A stretch of 64,000 bases of DNA from Opitutaceae bacterium (GCA_051252375.1 JBPOFY010000012.1:10675-74674); one strand, 5' to 3'; positions 18,241 to 35,529 are shown, counted from the stretch's first letter. Notes: generated from the sequence alone by a model not told the origin. Program-made: numbers and translations.

Positions 18241-20579
18241 AAGTCGGCGAGCTCCGGTTGTTCGTTATTCTGGTGCAAGAAGGGGTAGCTGAGAACGATC
18301 TCCTCAATCAAAGTTAATGTGCCATAGTCGTTTCTTGCAAGTGCGCCTTGTATTTTCAGCAGGGCTGCTTGATCGAAGGTCTCTAGGTCGCGACCGAGTG
18401 CGAAGGCTAACATGCGGCGTGTCATGTTATCTATAAAGGCGTCTTTACGCTCGGCGATGAGCCATGCTTTGAGTTCAGCGATCCCGCTGAATTGGAAGCC
18501 CTGAACGATCCCGGTATTATCGATGGGCTTGCCGTTAACTTTCTGACGGAAGCGACCGATAGCGTCGAAATTTTCCAAGCCGAAACCAATCGGGTCGATT
18601 CGCTCGTGGCAACTACGGCAGTCGGGGTTATCGCGGTGGATGAGGAGTTCCTCGCGCAGGGTCTTGCCTTTGTTGCGGCCCGCATCGGCGCTGAGCTCTC
18701 CGGCGTCAGCGGGAGGCTCGGGGATATGCTCGCCGAGGAGTGTTTCCAATACCCACTTGCCACGCAGAACAGGGCTGGAACGGGTCTGACTTGAGGTAGC
18801 AGTGAGCACACTTGCCATGCCGAGGAGTCCGCCACGATTGGGATCACGAATCGTGACGGGGCGCATGTGTTCACCTTCGACGCCTTCGATTTTGTAGTGT
18901 TTGGCGAGACGGTCATTAATGAAGGTGGCGTTTGTATTCAGTAGATGGAGGACGTTGTAGTTATTTTTAACTAGGTGTTCAAAGGTGAGAATAGTTTCAT
19001 CTTTCATCGCCGTCGCCAGTGCTTGGTCGAACTCGGGAAAGATCTTAGCATCCGGAATTACCGATTCGCCCACGGATTGGTAGCCCAGCCATTCCCCTAG
19101 AAAGGCGGACGTAAAGCTGCGGGACTTGGGGTCGAGCACCATGCGCCGCACTTGCGCGCGCAACACATTCTGGTTGCGTAGTTTGCCCTCAGTAGCGAGC
19201 GCGAAGAGCTCTTCGTCGGGCATAGACATCCATAGGAAGTAGGAAAGCCGCGAAGCAATTTGGAAATCATCGAGCGCAAACTCGCCGGCAGTGTTACTCG
19301 GCGCGAATTCGTGTCGGAAGAGGAATTTGGGCGAAATCAGCACGGCGGAAAGTGCGAGCTTTATTGAAGGCGTAAAGGTTTCGCCCTGCTCGATGGCGCT
19401 TTGATAAATCGAGTAGTATCGTAATACATCGACTCGATCCACTGGACGACGGAACGCCCGCTTAGTAAAGCGTTCGATAATCTGGTATGCTGCCTCATCG
19501 GGAGTGATGTCGTTGCTCGGTTTGACGAAGAAGACCGGTGATTGCTTCGGGGCATTTTCACTTCGAACAGGACCTGTCACTTGAACCCAGTCAACGATGG
19601 TAGAACCGACTTTGTTGGCTCGCTGGTATTTACGAGCAATCTGTGGCGGCAATAGAGATTTCTCGAAATTAAATGATATCTGATGCGTGCCTTTGTTTAC
19701 ATAGGTCCACACAGATTGAGTGGAGACTCCAGTGCCTTCAAAGGTGTAGTCGCCGCTGGGTTCGTCATCGATACGGAGGCGCAGTGCACCTATTTCACCG
19801 ACAGTCGACAGTCCCTTGATCGAAAATTGATAGAGACCGTCGTAAGGAAAATCGACAGACTCGTAGAGCGTCATCTGACCGCGGTTGATTTCGTAGCCCT
19901 TCAGTCCGCCGATGGTTTTGACGGGGTCACTCTCGGTCATGAACATGTCTTCTGACTCGAGACGTTTGGACATCGGTGGAGCCTCTAGAGCAATTGTCGC
20001 TTCAAGCGCACGGTCGGCAGCTCGAAAGTATTTCTCCATATCGGAGGCAGTGATGAACAAATTGTCTCGATCGGTAGTGAACCCGCTCTGTCCCTCTCCG
20101 TCTTTTGAAAATGTCGACGCTGCATTGGTTTCCACACCCAGTAGATCGCGCAGCGTGTTTTTATACTCAGTGTTATTGAGCCGTGGAATTGTCACACGCC
20201 CCGCCTCGCGCACCTGCGACCAGTCAATGTCGTTGAGACGCGCATCAATCCACTCGACCATTAAAGCGCGCTCTTCAGATGTCGGTAGGGGTTCCTCGGT
20301 CGGCATTTCTTCGGTCTCGATTTGTTCGAGCACGTAGAGCCATGTGTCGCGTTCGGTAAAAATATGATCGCCAGTCTTGTAAGGAGTTAGGTCGATATCG
20401 CCCTTGATCTTATCGCCCTCACCATGGCAGCTATAACAATACTGCTGGATGAGTGGCTGGATATGTTGCTCAAATGAATGCGTCTCTAGGATGTTCTTAG
20501 AGAACAACGCAGCGGGTAGTGCGACACTAAATACTAGTGTTCGAGCAATGCCATAGATTACTTGTGGGGATAATCTCAA
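18237..20579 (-). CDS. PSD-family protein (DUF1587/1592/1595/1588/1585 type) with an N-terminal CxxCH heme motif
   Basis: CYSCHGEGDKIKGDIDL near the N-terminus. The domain order and the partner DUF1501 gene are typical of Planctomycetes/Verrucomicrobia. TTG start in the track. Confidence 0.8.
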   Translation of the reverse strand: MRLSPQVIYGIARTLVFSVALPAALFSKNILETHSFEQHIQPLIQQYCYSCHGEGDKIKGDIDLTPYKTGDHIFTERDTWLYVLEQIETEEMPTEEPLPTSEERALMVEWIDARLNDIDWSQVREAGRVTIPRLNNTEYKNTLRDLLGVETNAASTFSKDGEGQSGFTTDRDNLFITASDMEKYFRAADRALEATIALEAPPMSKRLESEDMFMTESDPVKTIGGLKGYEINRGQMTLYESVDFPYDGLYQFSIKGLSTVGEIGALRLRIDDEPSGDYTFEGTGVSTQSVWTYVNKGTHQISFNFEKSLLPPQIARKYQRANKVGSTIVDWVQVTGPVRSENAPKQSPVFFVKPSNDITPDEAAYQIIERFTKRAFRRPVDRVDVLRYYSIYQSAIEQGETFTPSIKLALSAVLISPKFLFRHEFAPSNTAGEFALDDFQIASRLSYFLWMSMPDEELFALATEGKLRNQNVLRAQVRRMVLDPKSRSFTSAFLGEWLGYQSVGESVIPDAKIFPEFDQALATAMKDETILTFEHLVKNNYNVLHLLNTNATFINDRLAKHYKIEGVEGEHMRPVTIRDPNRGGLLGMASVLTATSSQTRSSPVLRGKWVLETLLGEHIPEPPADAGELSADAGRNKGKTLREELLIHRDNPDCRSCHERIDPIGFGLENFDAIGRFRQKVNGKPIDNTGIVQGFQFSGIAELKAWLIAERKDAFIDNMTRRMLAFALGRDLETFDQAALLKIQGALARNDYGTLTLIEEIVLSYPFLHQNNEQPELADL

Positions 20580-20762
20580 GTTGAGGTAGGTAGGTGTTGG
20601 TAGCGCTTGGTGATGACCTGAGCAGCTATAATACCAGAATGGCAGTCCCTATCTATCCCGTAAATTAGTTACTACCAAGCCCCTCGATTGTTGAAGGCCG
20701 CTTGCCTGTTACGCTGTTTTACGTATCGACGTCACCTGTGCTCATTGAGCAGCGAAGAACTA

Positions 20763-22700
20763 TTATTTCACCGACTTTAGCAGTTTCGTTTTCTCTTGGT
20801 CGGAAAGATCGCTTGAATTTATGAGTTTTTTTGCCTCATCCGGATCCTTTTTCTTCAATTGATTGATCACGCGAGCGGTGTTGCTTTTACGCAGTTTCTC
20901 GTTGTCCATGGTGGCTGCCCAAATGAAAGCGGAAGAGGGGTCTGAGCGATTCACTTTATTGACCAGGTTTTCAATTGCTTGATCGCGTCCTTCGCCGGAT
21001 TCCAGTTCAGATATCCAGACCGAAGCTGCTTCTGTGTCATGGTCGAGCCATTCGTTTGAAACGCGTTCAATCGCGTCTTTTTGCGCAGAAGTATCTTCTA
21101 ATTGCTCCGCCCATGCAGCAGCACCATTGAGGTCCTCTCTGGCCCAGCTCGATGCGATGTTGGATGCGTTTTTGTTAATGGTGTCGGTGTCGTTGCTGGA
21201 AAGTAAGTAGTCGACTGCGTCTGACGGATTTTTGCCAATCCAAGTGTTGATGGCGCTTTGATAAGCAGTTTTTGACAAGGTTTCATCGCTTAGACTTTTT
21301 GACCAAGTAATAGCAGCGCTTGGGTTTTCATTCGCAAGTGTTTGGCTGATGCCGGAGGCGAGATCTTTGCGTTCTTTGTCATCTTGGACTTGCAGTAGGT
21401 ATGTCTTGGCTTCTTCGGTTTTGTTGCTGGCGAAACTATTGAGCACATTTCGTAGGGCGTCCTGTTTTTCTTGGCTTTCTTCCATGCCACGCGCCCAAGC
21501 CAAGGCTGCCATCGGATCTTTTTTTCCCCAGCTTCTCGCGACATTGGAAATAGTATTCGCATAAACGCGTCCGTAGGGCAGCTCTGCGAGCATAGAAGCG
21601 GCCTTCTCCGGATCATCATTTGCCATGTTCCTGAGCACATTGCTGACAGCGTCATCGCGTGCCCGACCAGTCATGCTGGAGTTGACGAACTCCAGCGCCT
21701 TATCTGGGTCTTGCTGCGAGATCGACCACATCGCGCTGCGGACGATGTCATTTTTGCTTTTCCCGTCTTCCATATTTCTAAGGAAGTCAATGGCGCCATC
21801 AATATCCTGCTGTATCCAAGTATACATGATCGACTGGATTGATTGATTACGCTCCTCTTCAGTGTTTAAGGACATGGCCATTTCTGCCGCACGGTTGATA
21901 TCCTTTTGGGCGATGCCGCTAATGAGGCCTGAAAGTGCAAAGGTGCGGTTTTCGCCCGTTTCCATAGTATTAATTTTTGCCATCGCTTTATCAGCATTTT
22001 GTCCGCCCCAAAGCATGAAGACGGTTGAAAGCTGGTAGGGTTTCATGTCGTCTTGACCGATGATCAGGTCGAATGCCGCTTCCGGATCTTTCCCTGCTAC
22101 CGACATTGCGATCGCAGCAATAGCTTGGCTTCTTTCGTTTGCATTCTCGATGGCTTGCGCTGCGACGATGGCTCCGTCCGGATCGCGACTGCCCCATGCG
22201 GCAAACAAAGACTGCGCGAACATTTGTTTCTGCATCGGGTTCGATTCGTTCTGGTAGAAGCTAAAGGCGCTTTCCGGATTTTTATCCACCCATGCTTGGA
22301 AGATGTAATAAGGCACGAAAAAATCGTTCATGCTCCCCATGCCTTTTTTTGACGAGTCTGCTAGTAACTTTTGAAGCTCACTCTCCGACATCGTCGTCAG
22401 CAGAGTCAGCATTTCAATGGTGCCAGTAATGGAGCTGGTGTCCTTTAAGCGATCAATCCGTGCGGCTTTTTGCTCGATAGTGAGCGCTTGCATATCAGCT
22501 GATGCCAATGAGGCTGGGGCTTCAATATCGATGGCATCGCCGGATTGGGCTACGTTGGTCGCTGGTTGCTTGCTCAGCGCTGCTTGCTCAGAGGGAGTAT
22601 TGGCATCCTGGGGCGAAGTTTTCGGGATATAGTAGCCGATAACTATTCCAGCGACTATGGAGAGACCGCAAAAGAGAAGGGGTAGGCTTTTGTTTTTCAT
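20763..22700 (-). CDS. Membrane-anchored alpha-solenoid repeat protein (about 13 tandem ~37-aa W..DP..A..W repeats)
   Basis: One N-terminal TM helix, then repeats such as SWGKKDPMAALAWARGM, TWIGKNPSDAVDYLL, SWAREDLNGAAAWAEQL, EWLDHDTEAASVWISEL. ATG 22700 is preferred over TTG 22739. Confidence 0.6.
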   Translation of the reverse strand: MKNKSLPLLFCGLSIVAGIVIGYYIPKTSPQDANTPSEQAALSKQPATNVAQSGDAIDIEAPASLASADMQALTIEQKAARIDRLKDTSSITGTIEMLTLLTTMSESELQKLLADSSKKGMGSMNDFFVPYYIFQAWVDKNPESAFSFYQNESNPMQKQMFAQSLFAAWGSRDPDGAIVAAQAIENANERSQAIAAIAMSVAGKDPEAAFDLIIGQDDMKPYQLSTVFMLWGGQNADKAMAKINTMETGENRTFALSGLISGIAQKDINRAAEMAMSLNTEEERNQSIQSIMYTWIQQDIDGAIDFLRNMEDGKSKNDIVRSAMWSISQQDPDKALEFVNSSMTGRARDDAVSNVLRNMANDDPEKAASMLAELPYGRVYANTISNVARSWGKKDPMAALAWARGMEESQEKQDALRNVLNSFASNKTEEAKTYLLQVQDDKERKDLASGISQTLANENPSAAITWSKSLSDETLSKTAYQSAINTWIGKNPSDAVDYLLSSNDTDTINKNASNIASSWAREDLNGAAAWAEQLEDTSAQKDAIERVSNEWLDHDTEAASVWISELESGEGRDQAIENLVNKVNRSDPSSAFIWAATMDNEKLRKSNTARVINQLKKKDPDEAKKLINSSDLSDQEKTKLLKSVK

Positions 22701-22827
22701 AGGTTCTTTATGGGGTTGAGACTGTCGGTGTGCAACCAATAGAAAGGACTTCTATCTGATAAAATCTAACGATATGGAAATAATTATATTGTTTGCCTTT
22801 AATTATGAGATTTTGGCAGTAGTGGTC

Positions 22828-23373
<546 letters not shown>

Positions 23374-23416
23374 ATTTGTGGTTAGTTGGAGGACTCCAGT
23401 TTCGTTGTCGCTTTAT

Positions 23417-23770
23417 CTATTTTTTATAATCTGGGTGGATGTATACACCTTTGACGTTTTTGAGGCTCCACTGAGCCATTGAATGCATGATCGGTTCAAA
23501 GCCTTTACCGCGCTCTGTTAAACTGTAAATCACTTTGCGGCCATCTTCAGGGTCTGGGCTACGTTCAGTAAGTCCGTTATCGGTCAGCCAGCGCAGGCGC
23601 TGTGACAGGATGTTTGTAGCTATGCCTTCGGGTGATTTTAAGAATTCGTCGAAGCGTTGTTTACCAAAGATTAAATCACGAATGACGAGTAGCGTCCAAC
23701 GATCGCCGACGATATCGAGTGCGCCGGCGACAGGGCATGGGGAGCGCAGCTTTTTTAAGTTTTTTTCCAT
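23417..23770 (-). CDS. HxlR-family transcriptional regulator
   Basis: CPVAGALDIVGDRWTLLVIRDL... is the HxlR signature. It is divergent from the cupin gene. Confidence 0.85.
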   Translation of the reverse strand: MEKNLKKLRSPCPVAGALDIVGDRWTLLVIRDLIFGKQRFDEFLKSPEGIATNILSQRLRWLTDNGLTERSPDPEDGRKVIYSLTERGKGFEPIMHSMAQWSLKNVKGVYIHPDYKK

Positions 23771-23869
23771 AATTCGATAAACTTACTTGCAAAATGAAAG
23801 TAATCAAGTTCTTTGCGAGTCATCTTACTTGCTCTTTGCAAGTTATATTAACCCGAACATAAAAAAAAC

Positions 23870-24334
23870 ATGACAGCAACGATCAAAGAACTGACTGCTA
23901 CGAATTATAAGAATGCGAGTGTGCTCCATACGGGTGCGCTAGATAAATGGAAGTATTTCAATATCGCCTTACCTCAGACAGGTGATGTGTATCCGGGGAA
24001 GTTTTGGCTCAAGGAGCTATTGCAACTCAGTGGCACTGAAGTCTCGTTTGGCTCAATGCCTAAAGGGGGAAGCGTCCCTTACAATCATATCCATAAGCAA
24101 AATGAAGAACTCTATATTTTTCTTTCTGGTCAGGGGCAGATGCTTCTCGACGGTGAGCAGATTGATGTTTCGGCTGGCACAGTCGTTCGAGTCGATCCGC
24201 AAGCCGTGCGCTGTTGGCGTAATACTGGCACGGAAGATCTCGTGCACATTGTCATCCAATCGAAAGCAGGTTCATTAGAAGAATGGACGGTGGTCGATGG
24301 TGAGAAGACTCCAGGCGCACCAATTTGGGAGTAG
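23870..24334 (+). CDS. Cupin-domain protein
   Basis: The pattern HIHKQNEELYIFLSGQG...G...V resembles cupin motifs 1 and 2. Confidence 0.65.
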   Translation: MTATIKELTATNYKNASVLHTGALDKWKYFNIALPQTGDVYPGKFWLKELLQLSGTEVSFGSMPKGGSVPYNHIHKQNEELYIFLSGQGQMLLDGEQIDVSAGTVVRVDPQAVRCWRNTGTEDLVHIVIQSKAGSLEEWTVVDGEKTPGAPIWE

Positions 24335-24346
24335 TTCTTATTGGCT

Positions 24347-30145
<5,799 letters not shown>

Positions 30146-30195
30146 AGATAAAGAAGGGAATAGGAACTGAGATAAATGCGAGTAACAGGTGAAGT

Positions 30196-32511
30196 TTACT
30201 CGGCTGAATTTACTTCAGCGGCTTTTCTTAGGCGTGCTTGTAGGTGTGTGCGGCGGACTTGTTGCTCATTATTGCGAATGGCCATTGCGTAGGCGTCAAC
30301 GGAGCCGACGAGGTAGACTTTGCTTCGTGCGCGGGTGATACCTGTGTAGACTAGGTTGCGCTGGAGCATCATGAAGTGCTGCTTGAGTAGGGGGATGACG
30401 ACGACGGGGTATTCGCTGCCTTGGCTTTTGTGGATACTGATGGCGTAAGCCAGTTGGATCTCGGAGAGCTCACCTTTAGTGAATTCGACGGATTCGCCTG
30501 AAAAATTAACGGTTATGCCAGAGCTGTCTGGTGCGATGCCTCGAATGATGCCGGTGTCGCCGTTGAAGATGTTTTTGTCGTAGTTGTTTCGTGTCTGGAT
30601 GACTTTGTCACCGATGCGGAAGGTCGTTGTGCCGTAGGCCAGCTCTGCGGGTAGTGGCTTGCGCGTCTTTTCGCGGAAGTGGGATTGTTTTGCAGGCGTG
30701 TAGTCAGGATCTGATCGTAGGCGAGAGAGCGCCTTTTCTTTGCTGTTTAAACTATCTTGTAGGGCAAGGTTGAGCGCGGTGATGCCTCCTGTGCCACGAT
30801 GCATGGGGGAGAGAATTTGCAGGTCTTTGATAGGGTCGATATTGTGCGCTTTTGGAATGTATTCGCGGGCCAAATACGTAATGGCTTTGGCGCATTGCTC
30901 GGCATCGTCTGCTTCGATGAAGGTGAAGTCGCTGGTGGCGTCGAGCTCGCGTAGGCTTTTTATGGTTTTCCCGGGATGCGATTCACCTTTGAGGATAGAG
31001 TGGGCTGTTATGATGATGCCGCTGGTTTCGCCTTGGCGAAAGATCGTATCAAGACGAGTGACTTGTGCGGGCGGAGCGGTCATCAGATCGCCAAGGATAT
31101 TTCCAGCACCGACGGAAGGGAGCTGGTCGGAGTCGCCGACGAGTAAGAGGTGGGCGGTGCTAGGAATGGCTTGAAAGAGGCTATCTGCGAGGCGGGTGTC
31201 GAGCATACTGGCTTCGTCGACGATGAGGAGATCGCAGGGTAGTGGGTTGTCTTCGTTGTAGGCGAATTCTCGGGTGGCACCGTCGTATTTTAATAGGCGG
31301 TGTATGGTGCTGGCCTCGGCGCCTGAGGCTTCGGCAAGGCGTTGAGCGGCTCGGCCAGTGGGAGAGGCTAGTAGGATGCGTGCACGTTTGGCGCGGAGGA
31401 TGTCGACGATGGCGCGGAGGATGGTGGTCTTTCCGGTGCCTGGTCCACCAGTGATGATGGCGACCTTTGAACTGAGTGCTTTTTTGAGCGCAGCGGCTTG
31501 TTGGTCGGCGAACTGAAAGCCTGCTTTGTCCTGTGCCCAGGCGATGGCGGCATCTAGCTTTATTGGCGGTATGGTGGATGCGGTTTGATCGATCCGATGC
31601 AGTGAGTCGGCGATGCGCTTTTCGGCTCCAGCTAGTTTCGGGCGTTGGCAGGCGGGACCGAGGGCTTCTTGTTTTTCGTTGTAGGCGGTGACCGAGAAGA
31701 GGCGCTCGTTTTCAATCAGCGCGCGTATACGATCTTGGATTAGAAGTGGCTCGACGCCTAGTAATTTGAGCGCGTGTTCGGTGATCGCTTGTTGAGTGCC
31801 TAAGGTGTGCCCTTCGTCCTCGAGGTTTTGCATCGTGTGTAAGATGCCTGCGTCAACGCGTTCTTTAGAGTTGGTGGGGAACCCGAGGTTGAGTGCGAGC
31901 TTGTCGGCTGTCTTGAAACCGATCCGTTCAATGTCTTCAGCGAGTCGGTAGGGTTCGTCTTGCAGGATGCGTTTTGCGCCGCTGCCGTATTTTTTGACGA
32001 GGCGCACACATTGGGAGGGGGTGACGCCATAGGTTTGCAGAAACATCATGACGTCGCGCACGGCGGCTTGTTCATCCCATGCCGCTTTGATTGATTTTGC
32101 ACGCGTTTTGCCAATGCCTGGCACTTCATGTAGACGACCGGAATCTTCACTGATTACTTTGAGCGTGTCGGCTCCAAAGTGATCGACGATTTTTTTTGCG
32201 TAGGATTTGCCGATGCCATGCACCATGCCGCTGCCAAGGTATTTGCGTATGCCATGGATCGAGGCGGGTAACTGAGACTTGAAGTTGGCTATTTTGAATT
32301 GGTCACCGTGCGTGGCGTGGCGTGTCCATTCACCGTTTAGCTTCAGGGTCTCACCGCATTGCACACCAGGCAGGTTGCCGAGCACGGTGACGGGTTGCTT
32401 GCCTTCTGCGATTTGGACTTCGGCGACACAGTAAGCATTCTCTTCGTTGAAGAAAATTATTCGCTCAAGGACTCCGGTAATAGTCTGATCGCTTTGGGGT
32501 GTGTTCGCCAT
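30196..32511 (-). CDS. recD2: RecD2-like SF1B ATP-dependent DNA helicase
   Basis: N-terminal HhH-type region, then ITGGPGTGKTT, DEASMLD, LLLVGDSDQLPSVGAG, SIHKSQGSE and YTGITRAR. It ends 50 nt upstream of the UvrA-UvrA start on the same strand. Confidence 0.9.
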   Translation of the reverse strand: MANTPQSDQTITGVLERIIFFNEENAYCVAEVQIAEGKQPVTVLGNLPGVQCGETLKLNGEWTRHATHGDQFKIANFKSQLPASIHGIRKYLGSGMVHGIGKSYAKKIVDHFGADTLKVISEDSGRLHEVPGIGKTRAKSIKAAWDEQAAVRDVMMFLQTYGVTPSQCVRLVKKYGSGAKRILQDEPYRLAEDIERIGFKTADKLALNLGFPTNSKERVDAGILHTMQNLEDEGHTLGTQQAITEHALKLLGVEPLLIQDRIRALIENERLFSVTAYNEKQEALGPACQRPKLAGAEKRIADSLHRIDQTASTIPPIKLDAAIAWAQDKAGFQFADQQAAALKKALSSKVAIITGGPGTGKTTILRAIVDILRAKRARILLASPTGRAAQRLAEASGAEASTIHRLLKYDGATREFAYNEDNPLPCDLLIVDEASMLDTRLADSLFQAIPSTAHLLLVGDSDQLPSVGAGNILGDLMTAPPAQVTRLDTIFRQGETSGIIITAHSILKGESHPGKTIKSLRELDATSDFTFIEADDAEQCAKAITYLAREYIPKAHNIDPIKDLQILSPMHRGTGGITALNLALQDSLNSKEKALSRLRSDPDYTPAKQSHFREKTRKPLPAELAYGTTTFRIGDKVIQTRNNYDKNIFNGDTGIIRGIAPDSSGITVNFSGESVEFTKGELSEIQLAYAISIHKSQGSEYPVVVIPLLKQHFMMLQRNLVYTGITRARSKVYLVGSVDAYAMAIRNNEQQVRRTHLQARLRKAAEVNSAE

Positions 32512-32571
32512 GTTTGAACTATAGCTAATTGGCTGAGCGTGAAGGTCAACCCGTGCGTCAATCTAGACACG

Positions 32572-32601
32572 AAAAAGCCCCCGTCGTGAACGGGGGCTTT
32601 T
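32572..32601 (-). terminator. Rho-independent (bidirectional-looking) terminator
   Basis: AAAAAGCCCCCG-TCGTGAA-CGGGGGCTTTT, directly downstream of the minus-strand gene that ends at 32610. Confidence 0.7.
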
Positions 32602-32609
32602 GAAATGTG

Positions 32610-34004
32610 TTATTCAGAGATCACTGGAGGGTCATCTGGTGGATCCTCTGGTGGACCACCTGGTTGGCCATCTTCGCTCTCCAATGTGAAGATAAGGTCG
32701 TCGAATTCGACATCACCAAGGACTCCGATTTGACTAAAAATGACACTAGAGCCGGCTTGTGCACGTTGCACTGTTAGTGTGTCAGTGCCTGGGCGATAGA
32801 CGGCAGTTTGGATATTGTTATCGGCGGCCACTTGGTCAGGCACGAAGCGAAAGATCGCGAAGCGGCGCTCAAGATCGTCGAAGATTTGAAGGTGACGATC
32901 TTGATCTGCAGTGACATGTGTTTGGTAGGAGTCTTCAATTTCCAAGAAGTAGCTTTCAGGGACATGGACAATCTCACGTGCCTTTTGGGCTGCCATGAAG
33001 GTTTCGAAGCCGTTGCCTGTAGATGCGAGTTCAGCGCGGGCGACACTGCCATTAGCGCGGTCGATCGTGGCTACATTCGTCGCTTCAGATTCTTCGAAAT
33101 AATTCGGTAGGTGGTCGATTAGGTAGACTTGAATTGTCCCAGGGACTTCCACCGTGTATTGAGCGGTGAGCGTGCGCATTTGAGTCTCCTTACGTAGGTC
33201 GACGATGATGATACATTCTTCATTATCAGGGAATGCATATGTAGTGGTCGGGTCTTCATCGACTAGGTTGTAGATTTGGTCAAGTGGACCACCGCTGACG
33301 TAGGCGATGCGAGTGCCTGTGTAGGTTGACGCAAAGTCGTAATCAATAATAGGTGATTGTGCTTTGGTGACTTCGTCTGGATCTTCGCCTTTACCTAGCG
33401 TGAACTCAGCTTGTGTGATATTGAGTGGGCCAGTGGCTCCAAAATTACCAATGAGTCCGGCCTTATCGATGTTGAAGCGAATTAAGATGTAGCGAGTTTC
33501 GATTTCTGGAAATGTGATCGAAGGGATGACTCCGCGGTTGAAATTAACCGCTTGTGTGAGTGTGGCCCATTTGCCGCTTTCGACTTCTTCCAGTGTGTCG
33601 GAAGAGTAGAGTGCGAAGTTGCCTCCCGCGCTTTGGTTATTCAGGAAAAAGCGCGACACACGCATGAATTGACCCAGATCAATGATGTAGTTGTGTGCGC
33701 CTTCGGCGATCTTGTAGGTTAACGCCGAGTTGTCGCTGAGGAATACAGACTCTTCGAAGTAGCCGACGTCAGGCACCTGTATACGTTGAAGCTGCTCGTC
33801 TTTCACTAAAACGAGGGTCGCTCCCATATGCCAACGAGCTAAGTTTTTTGGAATACGCTCTAAGTCTCGTTTAGTGGGCTCTTGTATGCGGTATAAATCG
33901 ACGGTGTCTTTGGACGCCGCGTGAGTTGCCGTGCTTGAGAGGGCAACTCCGGCAATAAATAACCCGAGGGGTATTGTGCGTAGTGTTTTGATTAGTGTCT
34001 TCAT
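32610..34004 (-). CDS. Hypothetical secreted protein (possible galactose-binding-like domains), Pro/Asp-rich C-terminus
   Basis: The start is taken at MKTLIKTLRTIPLGLFIAGVALSS (34004). The C-terminus is GQPGGPPEDPPDDPPVISE. The domain guess is by eye only. Confidence 0.55.
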   Translation of the reverse strand: MKTLIKTLRTIPLGLFIAGVALSSTATHAASKDTVDLYRIQEPTKRDLERIPKNLARWHMGATLVLVKDEQLQRIQVPDVGYFEESVFLSDNSALTYKIAEGAHNYIIDLGQFMRVSRFFLNNQSAGGNFALYSSDTLEEVESGKWATLTQAVNFNRGVIPSITFPEIETRYILIRFNIDKAGLIGNFGATGPLNITQAEFTLGKGEDPDEVTKAQSPIIDYDFASTYTGTRIAYVSGGPLDQIYNLVDEDPTTTYAFPDNEECIIIVDLRKETQMRTLTAQYTVEVPGTIQVYLIDHLPNYFEESEATNVATIDRANGSVARAELASTGNGFETFMAAQKAREIVHVPESYFLEIEDSYQTHVTADQDRHLQIFDDLERRFAIFRFVPDQVAADNNIQTAVYRPGTDTLTVQRAQAGSSVIFSQIGVLGDVEFDDLIFTLESEDGQPGGPPEDPPDDPPVISE

Positions 34005-34221
34005 CCTATATTTGGTTAGGTTGCTACGGTAGCAGTCTCGATATTCATTATCTAGACAAGTGCAAATCTGGCATGAATGCAATCACCTATTTTTTTATAG
34101 ATTTTAACCCAGATATTAAGCTTTACTACATATTTACATATGAGTTACTATCCACCGCTAACTATCTAACCGCCAATGCTCTTAATTATTGGCTAACTGC
34201 TATCAAACAAATCTATTTGTC

Positions 34222-35529
34222 ATGATGTACATGAACATAACTAGTCGTCGAGTTACGGCTTCTATCTTTGCTTGTGCACTTGCTTTGATGGTAATTGCGC
34301 CGTCAAAAGCTCTGTCGCAGGTTGATAAGACTCCCGATTTCGCGCCATTTTTGCTGGATAAGCGAGTGGAGCGTGAGGACTATAATTTTCGCCTCGGTCC
34401 CGTCCTTGTTGATGTGATCGGAACGTTTGGAATCGAATATAACGATAACATCAATACTTCGGAGGTGAATCCGATCAAAGATTTCATCCTGCAACCGGGG
34501 GTTTCCTTTGGCTTAAAGTGGCAGGTCAATGAAAGCAATGAATTGGACTTAAACCTAGGTCTTGAATACTGGCACTATCTTGACAACAGCGCGCTTAACA
34601 ATGGCGCCAATCAGATCGGGATCACGCCCAATACCGAAGTTTCATTCCGAGTTTTGGTAGGTGATGTCATTTTTCGCGTCTATGACCGTATCCAGTATTC
34701 TTTCGATTCTGCGGATTCTGTATTTATCGACAACCTGGGGAACGTCATTCAGCAAGATCCGACGGAATATACTCGTTTTCGTAATGTAGCGGGTATCCAG
34801 AGTGAATGGTTTATCGGAGAAACGGTATTTAGCGGGCAATTGAGCCGTGAGGACATCTGGTCTACTGGCGATGAGTTCACTTATGTGGATCGTGGCGAGA
34901 ATAAGATCGCGTTGAATGTAGAGCGTGCCTTGGCCGCGAATTTTACAATAGGTGGCGGTGCTTCCTATTCAGTCTTCGATTTTGAGGAAGATGTGAATAA
35001 TGACGGTTCCGTGTTCACGATAGGTCCTTGGTTTGAGTGGAAAATTACTGAACTGGTTGGTTTGTTTGCAGGTATTGCCTACAATGATCGTGATTACGAT
35101 CAAGGCGCGTTGACTGATTCTGCTGCTTTCTTTGGGGATGAGAGTCAATTTGATGACTACACCTGGATGGTTCGCCTGAGCCATGTGGCTAATGAGGTAT
35201 TTAATCATCAATTGGAGTGGTATCGCTCGATCAGCACAAGTAACACTGCAAATGCGAATACATTGGATGGTATTCGCTACACAGTTGCTTACAATATAAC
35301 ACCTCGTGTGCGTATTGATGGGGCAATTGGATATGAAGAAAACGAAAGTTCGGGTGGTCTTCTCAATGATGATTATGGTCGCTGGATTGGCGGTCTCTCC
35401 ACCGAATTGATTTTGGGACCTCGTTTGACGGCAGATGTGGGTTATCGCTACATTGATAAGAAATCAGATGCGCTTTTCCAAAGTTATGAACAAAATCAGT
35501 TTCGCATTTTCTTTAAATACGACTTTTAA
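34222..35529 (+). CDS. Outer-membrane beta-barrel protein of the polysaccharide export locus
   Basis: Signal-like N-terminus, alternating beta-strand pattern and a C-terminal ...FRIFFKYDF (terminal aromatic OMP signature). ATG 34222 is preferred over TTG 34189. Confidence 0.6.
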   Translation: MMYMNITSRRVTASIFACALALMVIAPSKALSQVDKTPDFAPFLLDKRVEREDYNFRLGPVLVDVIGTFGIEYNDNINTSEVNPIKDFILQPGVSFGLKWQVNESNELDLNLGLEYWHYLDNSALNNGANQIGITPNTEVSFRVLVGDVIFRVYDRIQYSFDSADSVFIDNLGNVIQQDPTEYTRFRNVAGIQSEWFIGETVFSGQLSREDIWSTGDEFTYVDRGENKIALNVERALAANFTIGGGASYSVFDFEEDVNNDGSVFTIGPWFEWKITELVGLFAGIAYNDRDYDQGALTDSAAFFGDESQFDDYTWMVRLSHVANEVFNHQLEWYRSISTSNTANANTLDGIRYTVAYNITPRVRIDGAIGYEENESSGGLLNDDYGRWIGGLSTELILGPRLTADVGYRYIDKKSDALFQSYEQNQFRIFFKYDF

